Source: an uncultured Aquimarina sp.
Lineage (GTDB): Bacteria > Bacteroidota > Bacteroidia > Flavobacteriales > Flavobacteriaceae
Length of the DNA stretch: 64,000 nt
Direction: 5' to 3'
NCBI GenBank assembly: GCA_947496555.1
Contig: CANMDH010000027.1
Coordinates: 261 to 64,260 of the forward strand
Shown: in pieces, positions 30,976-39,518 of the stretch
Position numbering within the stretch: the first letter of the stretch is position 1
Layout of the letters: each line of letters begins with the position of its first letter
The notes under the pieces: model-generated
The model's database searches: none
What the model saw: only the letters and a program-made list of their open reading frames with translations
What the model was told of the DNA's origin: nothing
Translations under genes and position numbers: made by a program

Positions 30976-30978
30976 TTT

Positions 30979-33900
30979 TTAAAGGTTAGCACTTACAGAA
31001 AAAATAAAAGTCCTTGGAATAGGTACACTACCAAAGTTTACAGCTCTTAATAGGTTGGATTGCCCTCCTGCATTGGTTTCGGGATCATAACTAAAGAAAT
31101 TGTCAAAAGAAATCAGATTTCTTCCTTTAAAAGCAATAGTCATATCTTTAATACCTTTAATTAATTCAGGAAAGGAATAACTGATAGAGACTTCACGTAG
31201 TTTTACAAAAGATCCATCTTCCATTCTAAATTCTTGTATGGGATATATGGATGAGATATATCCTCTTGGTAATTCTCCGCTTAATTCTTGCTCTGCTAGT
31301 CGACCGACACCAACTCCTTGTCGGGTTCTTTTATCTGCGTCAAAAACATCAAAACCTTGTACTGCTTCCCATAACATAGAAAAAGAAAAGTTTTTATAGC
31401 TAAAATCTGTTCCTACCCCTAGAATAAAATCAGGATTAGGATCGCCAATCACTCGTCTTAAGTTGCTTCCCGTGGGTTGTCCATTGGCATCTCGTAGTAC
31501 TTCACCTGTGACTGGATCTCCTTTCTCAGGTTGAGGTAATCCATCTTCTGTCAAAAGCAAGCTTCCGTTAGTATTGCGAGCAAAGTAGGTGCCATAAAAT
31601 ACTCCTAGCGGTTCTCCTTCTCTTACTTGAGGTGGGGCACCAGATACTGTAGCAATTGATATGGGACCACCTATAGTTTTGGTCACTTCATTTTGATTCC
31701 GGCTAAAGTTGGCATTCAGGTTCCATTGCATTTTATCATTTTTAATCGGAGTAATCCTTAGATAGGCTTCTAAACCATTATTTTTCATGGTGCCAACATT
31801 TTCAAATCTGGTAGACCCCCCTTCAGACGGAGCTATCGTCCTCTGAACAATGAGGTCAGAAATTTCCTGGTTGTAATATGTGAAAAGAACTGAAATTCGG
31901 TTATTGAGAAAACTGAGGTCTGTTCCTATTTCAAATTCTTTAAGGCGTTCTACCTCCAGGCCTTCATTACCCAGAGAGCTGGATTGATTTAATGGGTCTG
32001 ATCCCAAAAATTCACTGGGCTGATATCTGCCAAATCGCGAATAAGGACCAACCGCAGTCAAATTACCTGCCTCACCAAATGAAGATCGAATACGAGCGGA
32101 GTTGATAACGTTACCTATTCCAGAATTTTTCCAGAAGTCCTCATTAGAAAGCACATAAGACCCTGATATTTTAGGATAGAAATTGGTCCTCTTATCCGGA
32201 TCAAAGTTGGTAGCGCCATCTATACGTCCGGCTAATGTGAGGAAGTATCTATCGCTAAAGGATAAGGTCTCTTGTAAAAAACCACCAAAAATTTCTATTT
32301 CGTCATCACTTAATTGTGTCTGAAGTGGTATCGTTGGAACTCCGCTTTCATCGAGACCTCTACCTTGGGTTCCTGTGTATTCTAATTTACTGGATTGAAA
32401 ATTATAACCAATAATGGTTTGAGAATTAATCGTTTCAGACAAATCAAAATCTAAAGTAGCATTGATATCGTAATTCCAGTTAAAAATATCTGCTTCTGCA
32501 TTTCCAAGGTATCCATTGTCAAAATAAGCTGAATTTACTGGCGAATATGGATATACAGGAATAGAAATATTTCCTTCTTGTTTATAAGTATCAACACCCA
32601 AAATCTGGTCTATAGTAAGGAATTTAAGTGGTTTTAAAGATACTTTCAGGCTAGGGACAAATCGATTTACTTCTTGAGTAATATCAAATTCTTCTATAAT
32701 GGTCAATGGATTGACTCGAGTAGGTTCTACACTTTGCAGGTTTCCATTTTCATCTCTTCGAGTGGCATCGTAAATATTATTGGTAATATTTACAGCATTT
32801 ATAGGACTCCAAAACACGTTTCCATCAGGTTTCTCGTCGGATTGACTGTTTACATAATAAAAGCCCAGGTCATAGGACAACCAATCTGTAACCTTGTGAT
32901 TGAGTGATAATCTTGTGGATAATCTTTCGTACTTTGTATTTTTAATGATCCCTTCGTTTGAGGTATATCCTATAGAACCTGCATAACTTAATTTTTCATT
33001 CCCATCTCGATAGGAAATATAATGATCACTACCTATCCCAGTTCTGAATATTAGGTCCTGATAGTCATATCGTTGTACTTCTACCTTGTTTGTCAATAAA
33101 TTTGCAAAGGGAGTCGTGTTTCCATCTGCATCTCTACCAAATATAGGCCATAATCGAACGTCTTCTCCTCCAAATTGTTCGCCACGAAGGTTGGTGTCTA
33201 CTTTTTTTCTAAGGTCATTGATATTTGTTGATGTTTTGATAAATATTTCTGGGCCATCACCAAAATTACGTCCACGTTTAGTAGTAATGATCACTACACC
33301 ATTAGATGCTCTTGATCCATAGATAGCTGCAGCAGCAGATCCGTTAAGAATGTTGATATCTGCAATATCATTGGGATTGAAATCTACTAAACGATTTTGT
33401 CCTGGGGATGCATCACCGGCACTTACATTGATATTAGTCACATTTGTAGTAAGGTTACTTGCAATTACTCCATCTATAATGTATAAGGTGTCAGATGATC
33501 CACTAATGGTACTAGGTCCTCGCAGGCGGATGGAAAAACCACCTGCCGGATCTCCTGAGTTTTGTGTAATTTGCGCTCCTGGAATCTTGCCTTGTAAGGC
33601 CGAAGTAACATCTACAGGGTTTGATTTTACTAAATCACCTGCTTTGATAGAAGTAACTGCATTTCCTAGTTTTTTCCTTTCCTGAACCACAGTAGAACCA
33701 GTAACAATGACTTCATCCAGACTTAATAAATCTTCTGTAATCTGAAAATCTTGTACAATTTCAGTTTCCGTGCCTAAAGTAATAGTAATTTTCTGTGTAG
33801 AATATCCTAAAGAACTTACTATCAATTGATAATCTCCTGATGCAGTTGAAGCAGTGAAAGTATATTTTCCGTCAAAGTCGGATACACCTCCAAAGGAAGA

Positions 33901-34080
33901 ACCTTCTATATATACTGATACTCCAGGGATCGGTACGCTGGTTGCTTGATCTGTAACGGTTCCTGAAATAGTATAAAAATTGTTCTGCGCATTTACTACA
34001 GAACAGAATGTCATAAATAGTAATAGACTTACTATTTTTTTTACGGGTATTCGCCGTAATAATTTGCCCCTATTTTTCAT
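30979..34080 (-). CDS. SusC/RagA TonB-dependent transporter
   Basis: LDEVIVTG, LQGKIPG, SAAAAIYGSRASNGVVIITTKRG, YDPE, C-terminal PRTF...L. Confidence 0.95.
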   Translation of the reverse strand: MKNRGKLLRRIPVKKIVSLLLFMTFCSVVNAQNNFYTISGTVTDQATSVPIPGVSVYIEGSSFGGVSDFDGKYTFTASTASGDYQLIVSSLGYSTQKITITLGTETEIVQDFQITEDLLSLDEVIVTGSTVVQERKKLGNAVTSIKAGDLVKSNPVDVTSALQGKIPGAQITQNSGDPAGGFSIRLRGPSTISGSSDTLYIIDGVIASNLTTNVTNINVSAGDASPGQNRLVDFNPNDIADINILNGSAAAAIYGSRASNGVVIITTKRGRNFGDGPEIFIKTSTNINDLRKKVDTNLRGEQFGGEDVRLWPIFGRDADGNTTPFANLLTNKVEVQRYDYQDLIFRTGIGSDHYISYRDGNEKLSYAGSIGYTSNEGIIKNTKYERLSTRLSLNHKVTDWLSYDLGFYYVNSQSDEKPDGNVFWSPINAVNITNNIYDATRRDENGNLQSVEPTRVNPLTIIEEFDITQEVNRFVPSLKVSLKPLKFLTIDQILGVDTYKQEGNISIPVYPYSPVNSAYFDNGYLGNAEADIFNWNYDINATLDFDLSETINSQTIIGYNFQSSKLEYTGTQGRGLDESGVPTIPLQTQLSDDEIEIFGGFLQETLSFSDRYFLTLAGRIDGATNFDPDKRTNFYPKISGSYVLSNEDFWKNSGIGNVINSARIRSSFGEAGNLTAVGPYSRFGRYQPSEFLGSDPLNQSSSLGNEGLEVERLKEFEIGTDLSFLNNRISVLFTYYNQEISDLIVQRTIAPSEGGSTRFENVGTMKNNGLEAYLRITPIKNDKMQWNLNANFSRNQNEVTKTIGGPISIATVSGAPPQVREGEPLGVFYGTYFARNTNGSLLLTEDGLPQPEKGDPVTGEVLRDANGQPTGSNLRRVIGDPNPDFILGVGTDFSYKNFSFSMLWEAVQGFDVFDADKRTRQGVGVGRLAEQELSGELPRGYISSIYPIQEFRMEDGSFVKLREVSISYSFPELIKGIKDMTIAFKGRNLISFDNFFSYDPETNAGGQSNLLRAVNFGSVPIPRTFIFSVSANL

Positions 34081-34129
34081 ATAATTGTGTTTAGAATTAG
34101 CTCACATTTTTGGAACCCGAAACGAGTTC

Positions 34130-36082
34130 TTAGAATTTGTATCGCACAAATCCTTCTATGGCTTCATATTCAGGAAGCCCAAGTTTGTTATACTTTATGG
34201 CAGTAGATTTGTTTCGTTCTTCGGCACGCTGCCAAAATTCGCGGGCGTCATTGCCAGGAAACATAGCACTATCTTTTTGAGACTGGTGCTTAAAAATCGC
34301 ACTGCGTTTGCGGGCCATGTCTTTGGGACCAATGGGTACTGCCATCTCCATATCAGAGATATCCCATTCTTGCCAGGCGCCACGATATAACCATACATAC
34401 GTATTATTGATCCATGGAACATTTTCTTTAACAAGTCGATCAATAGCTTCGTAGATAATTTTGAGGCAAACTCTATGGGTGCCATGAGGATCTGAAAGAT
34501 CTCCCGCAGCAAAAATTTGATGAGGTTTTGTTTTTTGTAATAAGTCGTAGGTAATTTGTACATCTTCTTCACCTGGAGGTTTCTTTTTAATCGCTCCGGT
34601 TTCATAAAACGGAAGGTTTAAAAAATGCGCGTTTTCTTCTAATACATCACAATACCTGCAGGCAGATAATGCTTCCCCTTTTCTAATCAATCCTTTAAAA
34701 TTTTGAATTTCGGGAGTATCGATGTCTCCCGGGGATTTATTTTCAATAAAATGTCGTACTTGTTTTAAAAGTATAGAAAGTTCTTCACTGGCTTGTTGAT
34801 TTTTAACCACATCTCTGGTAAAATCCAGAAAGCGTATTACTTCATCATCAAATACTGCTATGTTACCCGAAGTTTGATATGCTACATGTACATCATGTCC
34901 CTGATCTACCAGTCGAAGTAACGTGCCTCCCATAGAGATCACATCATCATCGGGATGCGGACTAAATATCAAAGAAGTTTTTGGATACGGTTCTGCACGT
35001 TCTGGTCTATTGGAGTCATCAACTCTTGGCTTCCCTCCAGGCCAGCCTGTTATGGTACGTTGTAGTTGATTAAATACTCTTAGGTTAATTTCCTCGGCAG
35101 AACCTATCTCGGCAATTAGACTACCCATACCAAATTCATTGTAATCTTCATTGGTGAGTTTTAATAATGCCTTATCCAACTTTTCTGAAAGCCAGATGGC
35201 TGCTCTTTTAATTAAGGTATTATTCCAATGGCAATCAGAGACCAACCAAGGAGTTTTTACTCGGGTAAGTTCTGAAGCTGCAGCCTCATCAATAATAAAG
35301 GTGCAATTGTTATGTTTTTGAAGGAAAGTAGCTGGTATGAAGTCGGTAACTTCTCCTTCTATGGATTGATTGATAATATTGGCTTTTCCTTCTCCCCAAG
35401 CTAATAAAAATATCTTTTTGGCGGCCATTATAGTTCCTACACCCATAGTAATAGCTCTTGCGGGTACGCTTTCTTCTCCAAAAAAGTCACTGGCAGCATC
35501 AAGTCGGGTAACTTTATCCAAACGAATTAAACGAGTTTTGCTGTTTATAGAGGATCCAGGTTCATTAAATCCTACATGTCCGGTTCTACCGATACCTAGT
35601 ATTTGAATATCGATTCCTCCATAATGTTGAATTAGGTTTTCATAGGCTTCGCAAGCCTGTTTTATTTGATCAATAGGTAAAGTGCCATCCGGGATATGAA
35701 TATTTTTCTTCTCAATATCTATATGATCAAAGAGATGCTCATTCATAAATCGAACATAACTTTGCAATGATTTTGGTTGGATAGGGTAGTATTCGTCTAG
35801 ATTAAATGTGATTACATTTTTGAAACTTAGCCCTTCGTTTTTATGAAGTGCTACCAAATATTCATATACTTTGGTTGGACTAGAACCTGTAGCCAATCCT
35901 AAAACTGTATGCTTACCAAGTTCTGAATTTTCTTTAATAAGTTTTGCTATTTGGTGAGCAACATAACGCGATGCTTTTTCAGAACTTTCATAAATCGATG
36001 CTTCGATTTTTTCGTATTTTTTTGATTCTGGATCAAGAAGATACTCCAGTTTAGGGTCCTTAGAAAGCATTTCCATAAGCAA
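34130..36082 (-). CDS. nagB: Glucosamine-6-phosphate deaminase fused to a PIG-L/LmbE deacetylase-like domain
   Basis: LGLATGSSP, FNLDEY, LGIGRTGHVGFNEPGS; C-terminal FSPHPDDDVISMGG and DPHGTH. Confidence 0.93.
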   Translation of the reverse strand: MLMEMLSKDPKLEYLLDPESKKYEKIEASIYESSEKASRYVAHQIAKLIKENSELGKHTVLGLATGSSPTKVYEYLVALHKNEGLSFKNVITFNLDEYYPIQPKSLQSYVRFMNEHLFDHIDIEKKNIHIPDGTLPIDQIKQACEAYENLIQHYGGIDIQILGIGRTGHVGFNEPGSSINSKTRLIRLDKVTRLDAASDFFGEESVPARAITMGVGTIMAAKKIFLLAWGEGKANIINQSIEGEVTDFIPATFLQKHNNCTFIIDEAAASELTRVKTPWLVSDCHWNNTLIKRAAIWLSEKLDKALLKLTNEDYNEFGMGSLIAEIGSAEEINLRVFNQLQRTITGWPGGKPRVDDSNRPERAEPYPKTSLIFSPHPDDDVISMGGTLLRLVDQGHDVHVAYQTSGNIAVFDDEVIRFLDFTRDVVKNQQASEELSILLKQVRHFIENKSPGDIDTPEIQNFKGLIRKGEALSACRYCDVLEENAHFLNLPFYETGAIKKKPPGEEDVQITYDLLQKTKPHQIFAAGDLSDPHGTHRVCLKIIYEAIDRLVKENVPWINNTYVWLYRGAWQEWDISDMEMAVPIGPKDMARKRSAIFKHQSQKDSAMFPGNDAREFWQRAEERNKSTAIKYNKLGLPEYEAIEGFVRYKF

Positions 36083-36146
36083 TGTATTTTTGTGTGAATA
36101 CTATGTAACGAATAAGTCAGTACTAAATTAATGTATTAAATTCTAA

Positions 36147-36221
36147 TTTTTGCAATATTTTGCTGTTTTTATTAACAAAAGCGAGTTAATTACTATATTT
36201 GCTATTAAAATATTGCAAAAA
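36147..36221. promoter_or_regulatory. Paired 15-bp inverted operator-like sites flanking the deoR -7 box
   Basis: TTTTTGCAATATTTT (36147-36161) and AAAATATTGCAAAAA (36207-36221); TATATTTG at 36194-36201. Confidence 0.65.
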
Positions 36222-36240
36222 ACTGCAATTTATAAAATGT

Positions 36241-36990
36241 ATGCTTAAGGAAGAACGTCAACAAGTAATTATCAACGAGGTAAGAATTCATAGTAGGGTT
36301 TCATTATCTGAGTTATCTGATAAACTGGATGTATCTATAGATACTGTTAGAAGAGATGTTAAAGAATTAGATAAACTAGGAACTCTGAAAAAAGTGCACG
36401 GAGGGGCTGTATCTCTCGGTTTTGCACTTCATAATTATAAGGAGCAAAATATTTACCTGCATGAAAAAAAATCTAATATTGCAGAAAAGGCAATTTCATT
36501 GATTCCGAATCGAAGTGTAATTCTGATTAGTGGGGGTACAACCAATCTTGAGATGGCTAGATTGTTACCTTCTAAATTAAAAATAACAGTTTTTACCCCA
36601 AGCTTACCTATAGCAATGCAGCTTATCTTGCATCCCAATGCTGAAGTTATTTTTATCGGAGGAAAATTATCGAAAGAGGCAAAAATAACAACAGGAGGAA
36701 AGGCAATTTATGACTTATCGCAGATTACAGTTGATATAGGTTTTATAGGTACTGGGTATATAGATTCACAAAATGGACTTACCGAATTTGATTGGGATGT
36801 AGTACAAATGAAAAAAGCAATGATAGCGGCTTCAAAAAAAGTGATAGTACCAACAATATCAGAAAAATTAAATACATATCAGTGTTATAAGACTTGTGAT
36901 TTGAATACTGTTGATACTCTAATAACAGAGTTAGATCCCGATGCTCATCAATTAGATCCGTTCAGAAGTCATAATATCAAGATTTTGTAA
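36241..36990 (+). CDS. DeoR/GlpR family transcriptional regulator
   Basis: MLKEERQQ..., VSIDTVRRD, KVHGGA, GGTT. Start moved to ATG 36241; divergent from nagB. Confidence 0.93.
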   Translation: MLKEERQQVIINEVRIHSRVSLSELSDKLDVSIDTVRRDVKELDKLGTLKKVHGGAVSLGFALHNYKEQNIYLHEKKSNIAEKAISLIPNRSVILISGGTTNLEMARLLPSKLKITVFTPSLPIAMQLILHPNAEVIFIGGKLSKEAKITTGGKAIYDLSQITVDIGFIGTGYIDSQNGLTEFDWDVVQMKKAMIAASKKVIVPTISEKLNTYQCYKTCDLNTVDTLITELDPDAHQLDPFRSHNIKIL

Positions 36991-37058
36991 GTTACTTCTT
37001 CTAAAGAGTGGATAATAGTCTTAAAATATACGTTAGCAAAAGGCTTCCTTTTTAGGGA

Positions 37059-37841
37059 TTATATTTTAGTAATATACTGAAGATCGAGTATCTCTGTATT
37101 GATTTCGGGCAAGGATTTTTTATAATAAAAATCAATAATTTGATTCTCTAGGTAAGGTCTAATAGCTTCGATATTATTTTCATTATAAAGTCTGTAAACG
37201 TATACTCCTTCTGATTTTTTGAATGCTTTCATAAGCTCATCAGGGTTCTTAACAATATCGATATTTTTATATTTTTCAAATTTTTTCTTCATCCATCGAT
37301 GGCAGGACAATTTGGTCTGGCTATCAATAAGATCCTTTTTAAGTTGATCAAATTTCTCGATATTAGAAAAATCTTCATTTAATGCTCGATCCAGGGAGAC
37401 TTTGGCTTTTGTAAATTGTCGCTCAAATTTAAAATCGACAACGTACATATCCTTTTTTACTTTCTTTACTACTTCATAAAGAGCATTTTCATAAATATTG
37501 GCAAAATCTTCATAGCTATATAAGGCATTCAGGAATATAATAGCGTTTTTCTTGTAATATTTTGGAATAGGTTGTTTTTTGGCTTTTATGAAAAGGGTAT
37601 GAAGTTCTTGTTCAATCTCATCGGGAATATCTACAAATTTTGAGTCGTTCTTTAGTGCTCTTAATTGTGCGGTAATCTGAAGCCGTGTTCCTTTATATAG
37701 TTCGGACTTATGTTTAAACCTATATTTATTTGGAGAGATTTCTTCGTTTTGGGCAGTAATTTGGATTGAGGTTAAAAGCATTATAAAAAATGCCAAAAAC
37801 CTTGTAAATAATAGTTTGGTCGGTATTTGTTTGCCCCTCAT
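37059..37841 (-). CDS. Hypothetical exported helical protein
   Basis: Signal-peptide-like N-terminus, Lys-rich, no motif recognised. Confidence 0.6.
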   Translation of the reverse strand: MRGKQIPTKLLFTRFLAFFIMLLTSIQITAQNEEISPNKYRFKHKSELYKGTRLQITAQLRALKNDSKFVDIPDEIEQELHTLFIKAKKQPIPKYYKKNAIIFLNALYSYEDFANIYENALYEVVKKVKKDMYVVDFKFERQFTKAKVSLDRALNEDFSNIEKFDQLKKDLIDSQTKLSCHRWMKKKFEKYKNIDIVKNPDELMKAFKKSEGVYVYRLYNENNIEAIRPYLENQIIDFYYKKSLPEINTEILDLQYITKI

Positions 37842-37889
37842 TTGTGTGTTAACGATAACATAGTATTAATAACGTATAATCACCGACGA

Positions 37890-38354
37890 TTATTTTTTAA
37901 TACTACTAACTTCTTCTAAAGTTACCATTTTTTTTTGAGTATTACCCCAGCTGTTCATAATGTAGTTCATTACATCGGCAATTTCTTCATCTTCTAGACC
38001 TAATGAGGTCATGGCACTGTTATAGGGCTTGCCATTTACTTCGATGGGTCCGTTTAGGCCATATTTTATGGAGTGAATACTTTCCTTGCGTTTATTGATT
38101 AACCAATCTGATCCTGCCAATGGCGGAAACACATTGGGAGTTCCTTTCCCATCGGGCAAATGACATTGCATACAGAAATCTGAATAAATCTCTTTTCCAC
38201 GAGCAATGCTTTCGTTTAATTTAGCATCTTGTAGATCAAAAGTGATATCCTTGGTGTATGATGCTTTAGAATTTCCGTTTTGGGTAATTATAAAGACTGT
38301 TGTAATAAAAACAGCGATTTCTAATGCACCTATTTTCTTAAGATGTTTTATCAT
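37890..38354 (-). CDS. Cytochrome c, class I
   Basis: CMQCH heme motif, FPPLAGS, distal Met (YNSAM). Confidence 0.92.
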   Translation of the reverse strand: MIKHLKKIGALEIAVFITTVFIITQNGNSKASYTKDITFDLQDAKLNESIARGKEIYSDFCMQCHLPDGKGTPNVFPPLAGSDWLINKRKESIHSIKYGLNGPIEVNGKPYNSAMTSLGLEDEEIADVMNYIMNSWGNTQKKMVTLEEVSSIKK

Positions 38355-39472
38355 TTTACTTCTGGGATTATTTTAACAATGCCTTTATTTTCTATGGCTA
38401 CATATATAAAACCATCAGGCCCTTGTCGTACATTGCGAACTCGCCCCATATCATCTAGCAATTTTTTCCGACCTGTAACTTTGTCGTTGGTTAACTCCAC
38501 AAGTTCTAAATATTGAAATACCAAAGAACCTACCAATAGATCATTTTTCCAATCTGGGTATTTGTCACTAGTAACAAAATCCATTCCACTTGGTGCTATA
38601 GAGGGTACCCAATAGTAAAGGGGTTGCTCCATATCTTCTTTTTTGGTAATATCAGTAATTTTGGTACCGCTATAATTAATCCCATAGGTAATTACCGGCC
38701 AGCCATAATTTACACCCTTTTTTATAGGATTGATCTCATCACCACCTCTTGGACCATGTTCGTGTACCCAAATAGTTCCATCGGGATGTAGTGCCATGCC
38801 TTGTGGATTTCTATGACCATAGGAGTAAATGGCTTTTTTTGCTCCTTTTTCATTTACAAACGGATTGTCTTTTGGAATACTGCCATCGTCATTCAATCTA
38901 TAAATTTTTCCGCCATCTTTGGTAATGTCTTGTGGATTAACATCTCGGTTTCCACGATCTCCAATACAGAAATATAAGTAGCCATCATTATCAAATTCTA
39001 TACGAGATCCAAAATGATGTCCTCGTGTGGTATTGGGTGTTCCTTTGTATAGTTTTTCAATATTAGTTAATTGATCGTTTTCTAACTTAGCTCGTATCAG
39101 AGCCGTGTTTCCGCCTTTTTCTGTGCCTTCTTTTGAAGAATAGGTGATATAGATCCATCCATTTTCTTCGTAGTTAGGATGTAATTCTATATCTAATAAC
39201 CCTCCTTGATTTCGATTATATACTTCGGGAACATTGCCAATAGAAGTCTTTTTTCCTTCTTTGAAATGAATAAGTTCACCACTTTTTTCTGTGATCAACA
39301 TACTCCCATCTGGTAACCATGTCATGCCCCAGGGTATTTGTAATTCAGGTACAATTAATTCTGTAGTATAATTTTTCGGATCAGCTTCCAAAGGAACATC
39401 ATTTTCTTTGGTTTCTTGGGCACAAGCTGAAATAAAGGTGATCGAAAGGATCAGAAACGAAAGTAATTTCAT
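38351..39472 (-). CDS. PQQ-dependent sugar (aldose/sorbosone) dehydrogenase lipoprotein
   Basis: Lipobox FISAC; QGGLLD, HFGSRI, YGHRNPQG, EHGPRGGDEIN, SIAPSG. Confidence 0.92.
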   Translation of the reverse strand: MKLLSFLILSITFISACAQETKENDVPLEADPKNYTTELIVPELQIPWGMTWLPDGSMLITEKSGELIHFKEGKKTSIGNVPEVYNRNQGGLLDIELHPNYEENGWIYITYSSKEGTEKGGNTALIRAKLENDQLTNIEKLYKGTPNTTRGHHFGSRIEFDNDGYLYFCIGDRGNRDVNPQDITKDGGKIYRLNDDGSIPKDNPFVNEKGAKKAIYSYGHRNPQGMALHPDGTIWVHEHGPRGGDEINPIKKGVNYGWPVITYGINYSGTKITDITKKEDMEQPLYYWVPSIAPSGMDFVTSDKYPDWKNDLLVGSLVFQYLELVELTNDKVTGRKKLLDDMGRVRNVRQGPDGFIYVAIENKGIVKIIPEVK

Positions 39473-39518
39473 CTATTGAGTTTTATATCTTTTTCGGAAA
39501 AGTACAAAGAAATTTATT

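Noticed and set aside
22993..36082. Chitin-utilisation locus
   Set aside because: No GH18/GH19/GH20 or chitin-binding modules, while AnmK and AmpG point to muropeptides. Not fully excluded.
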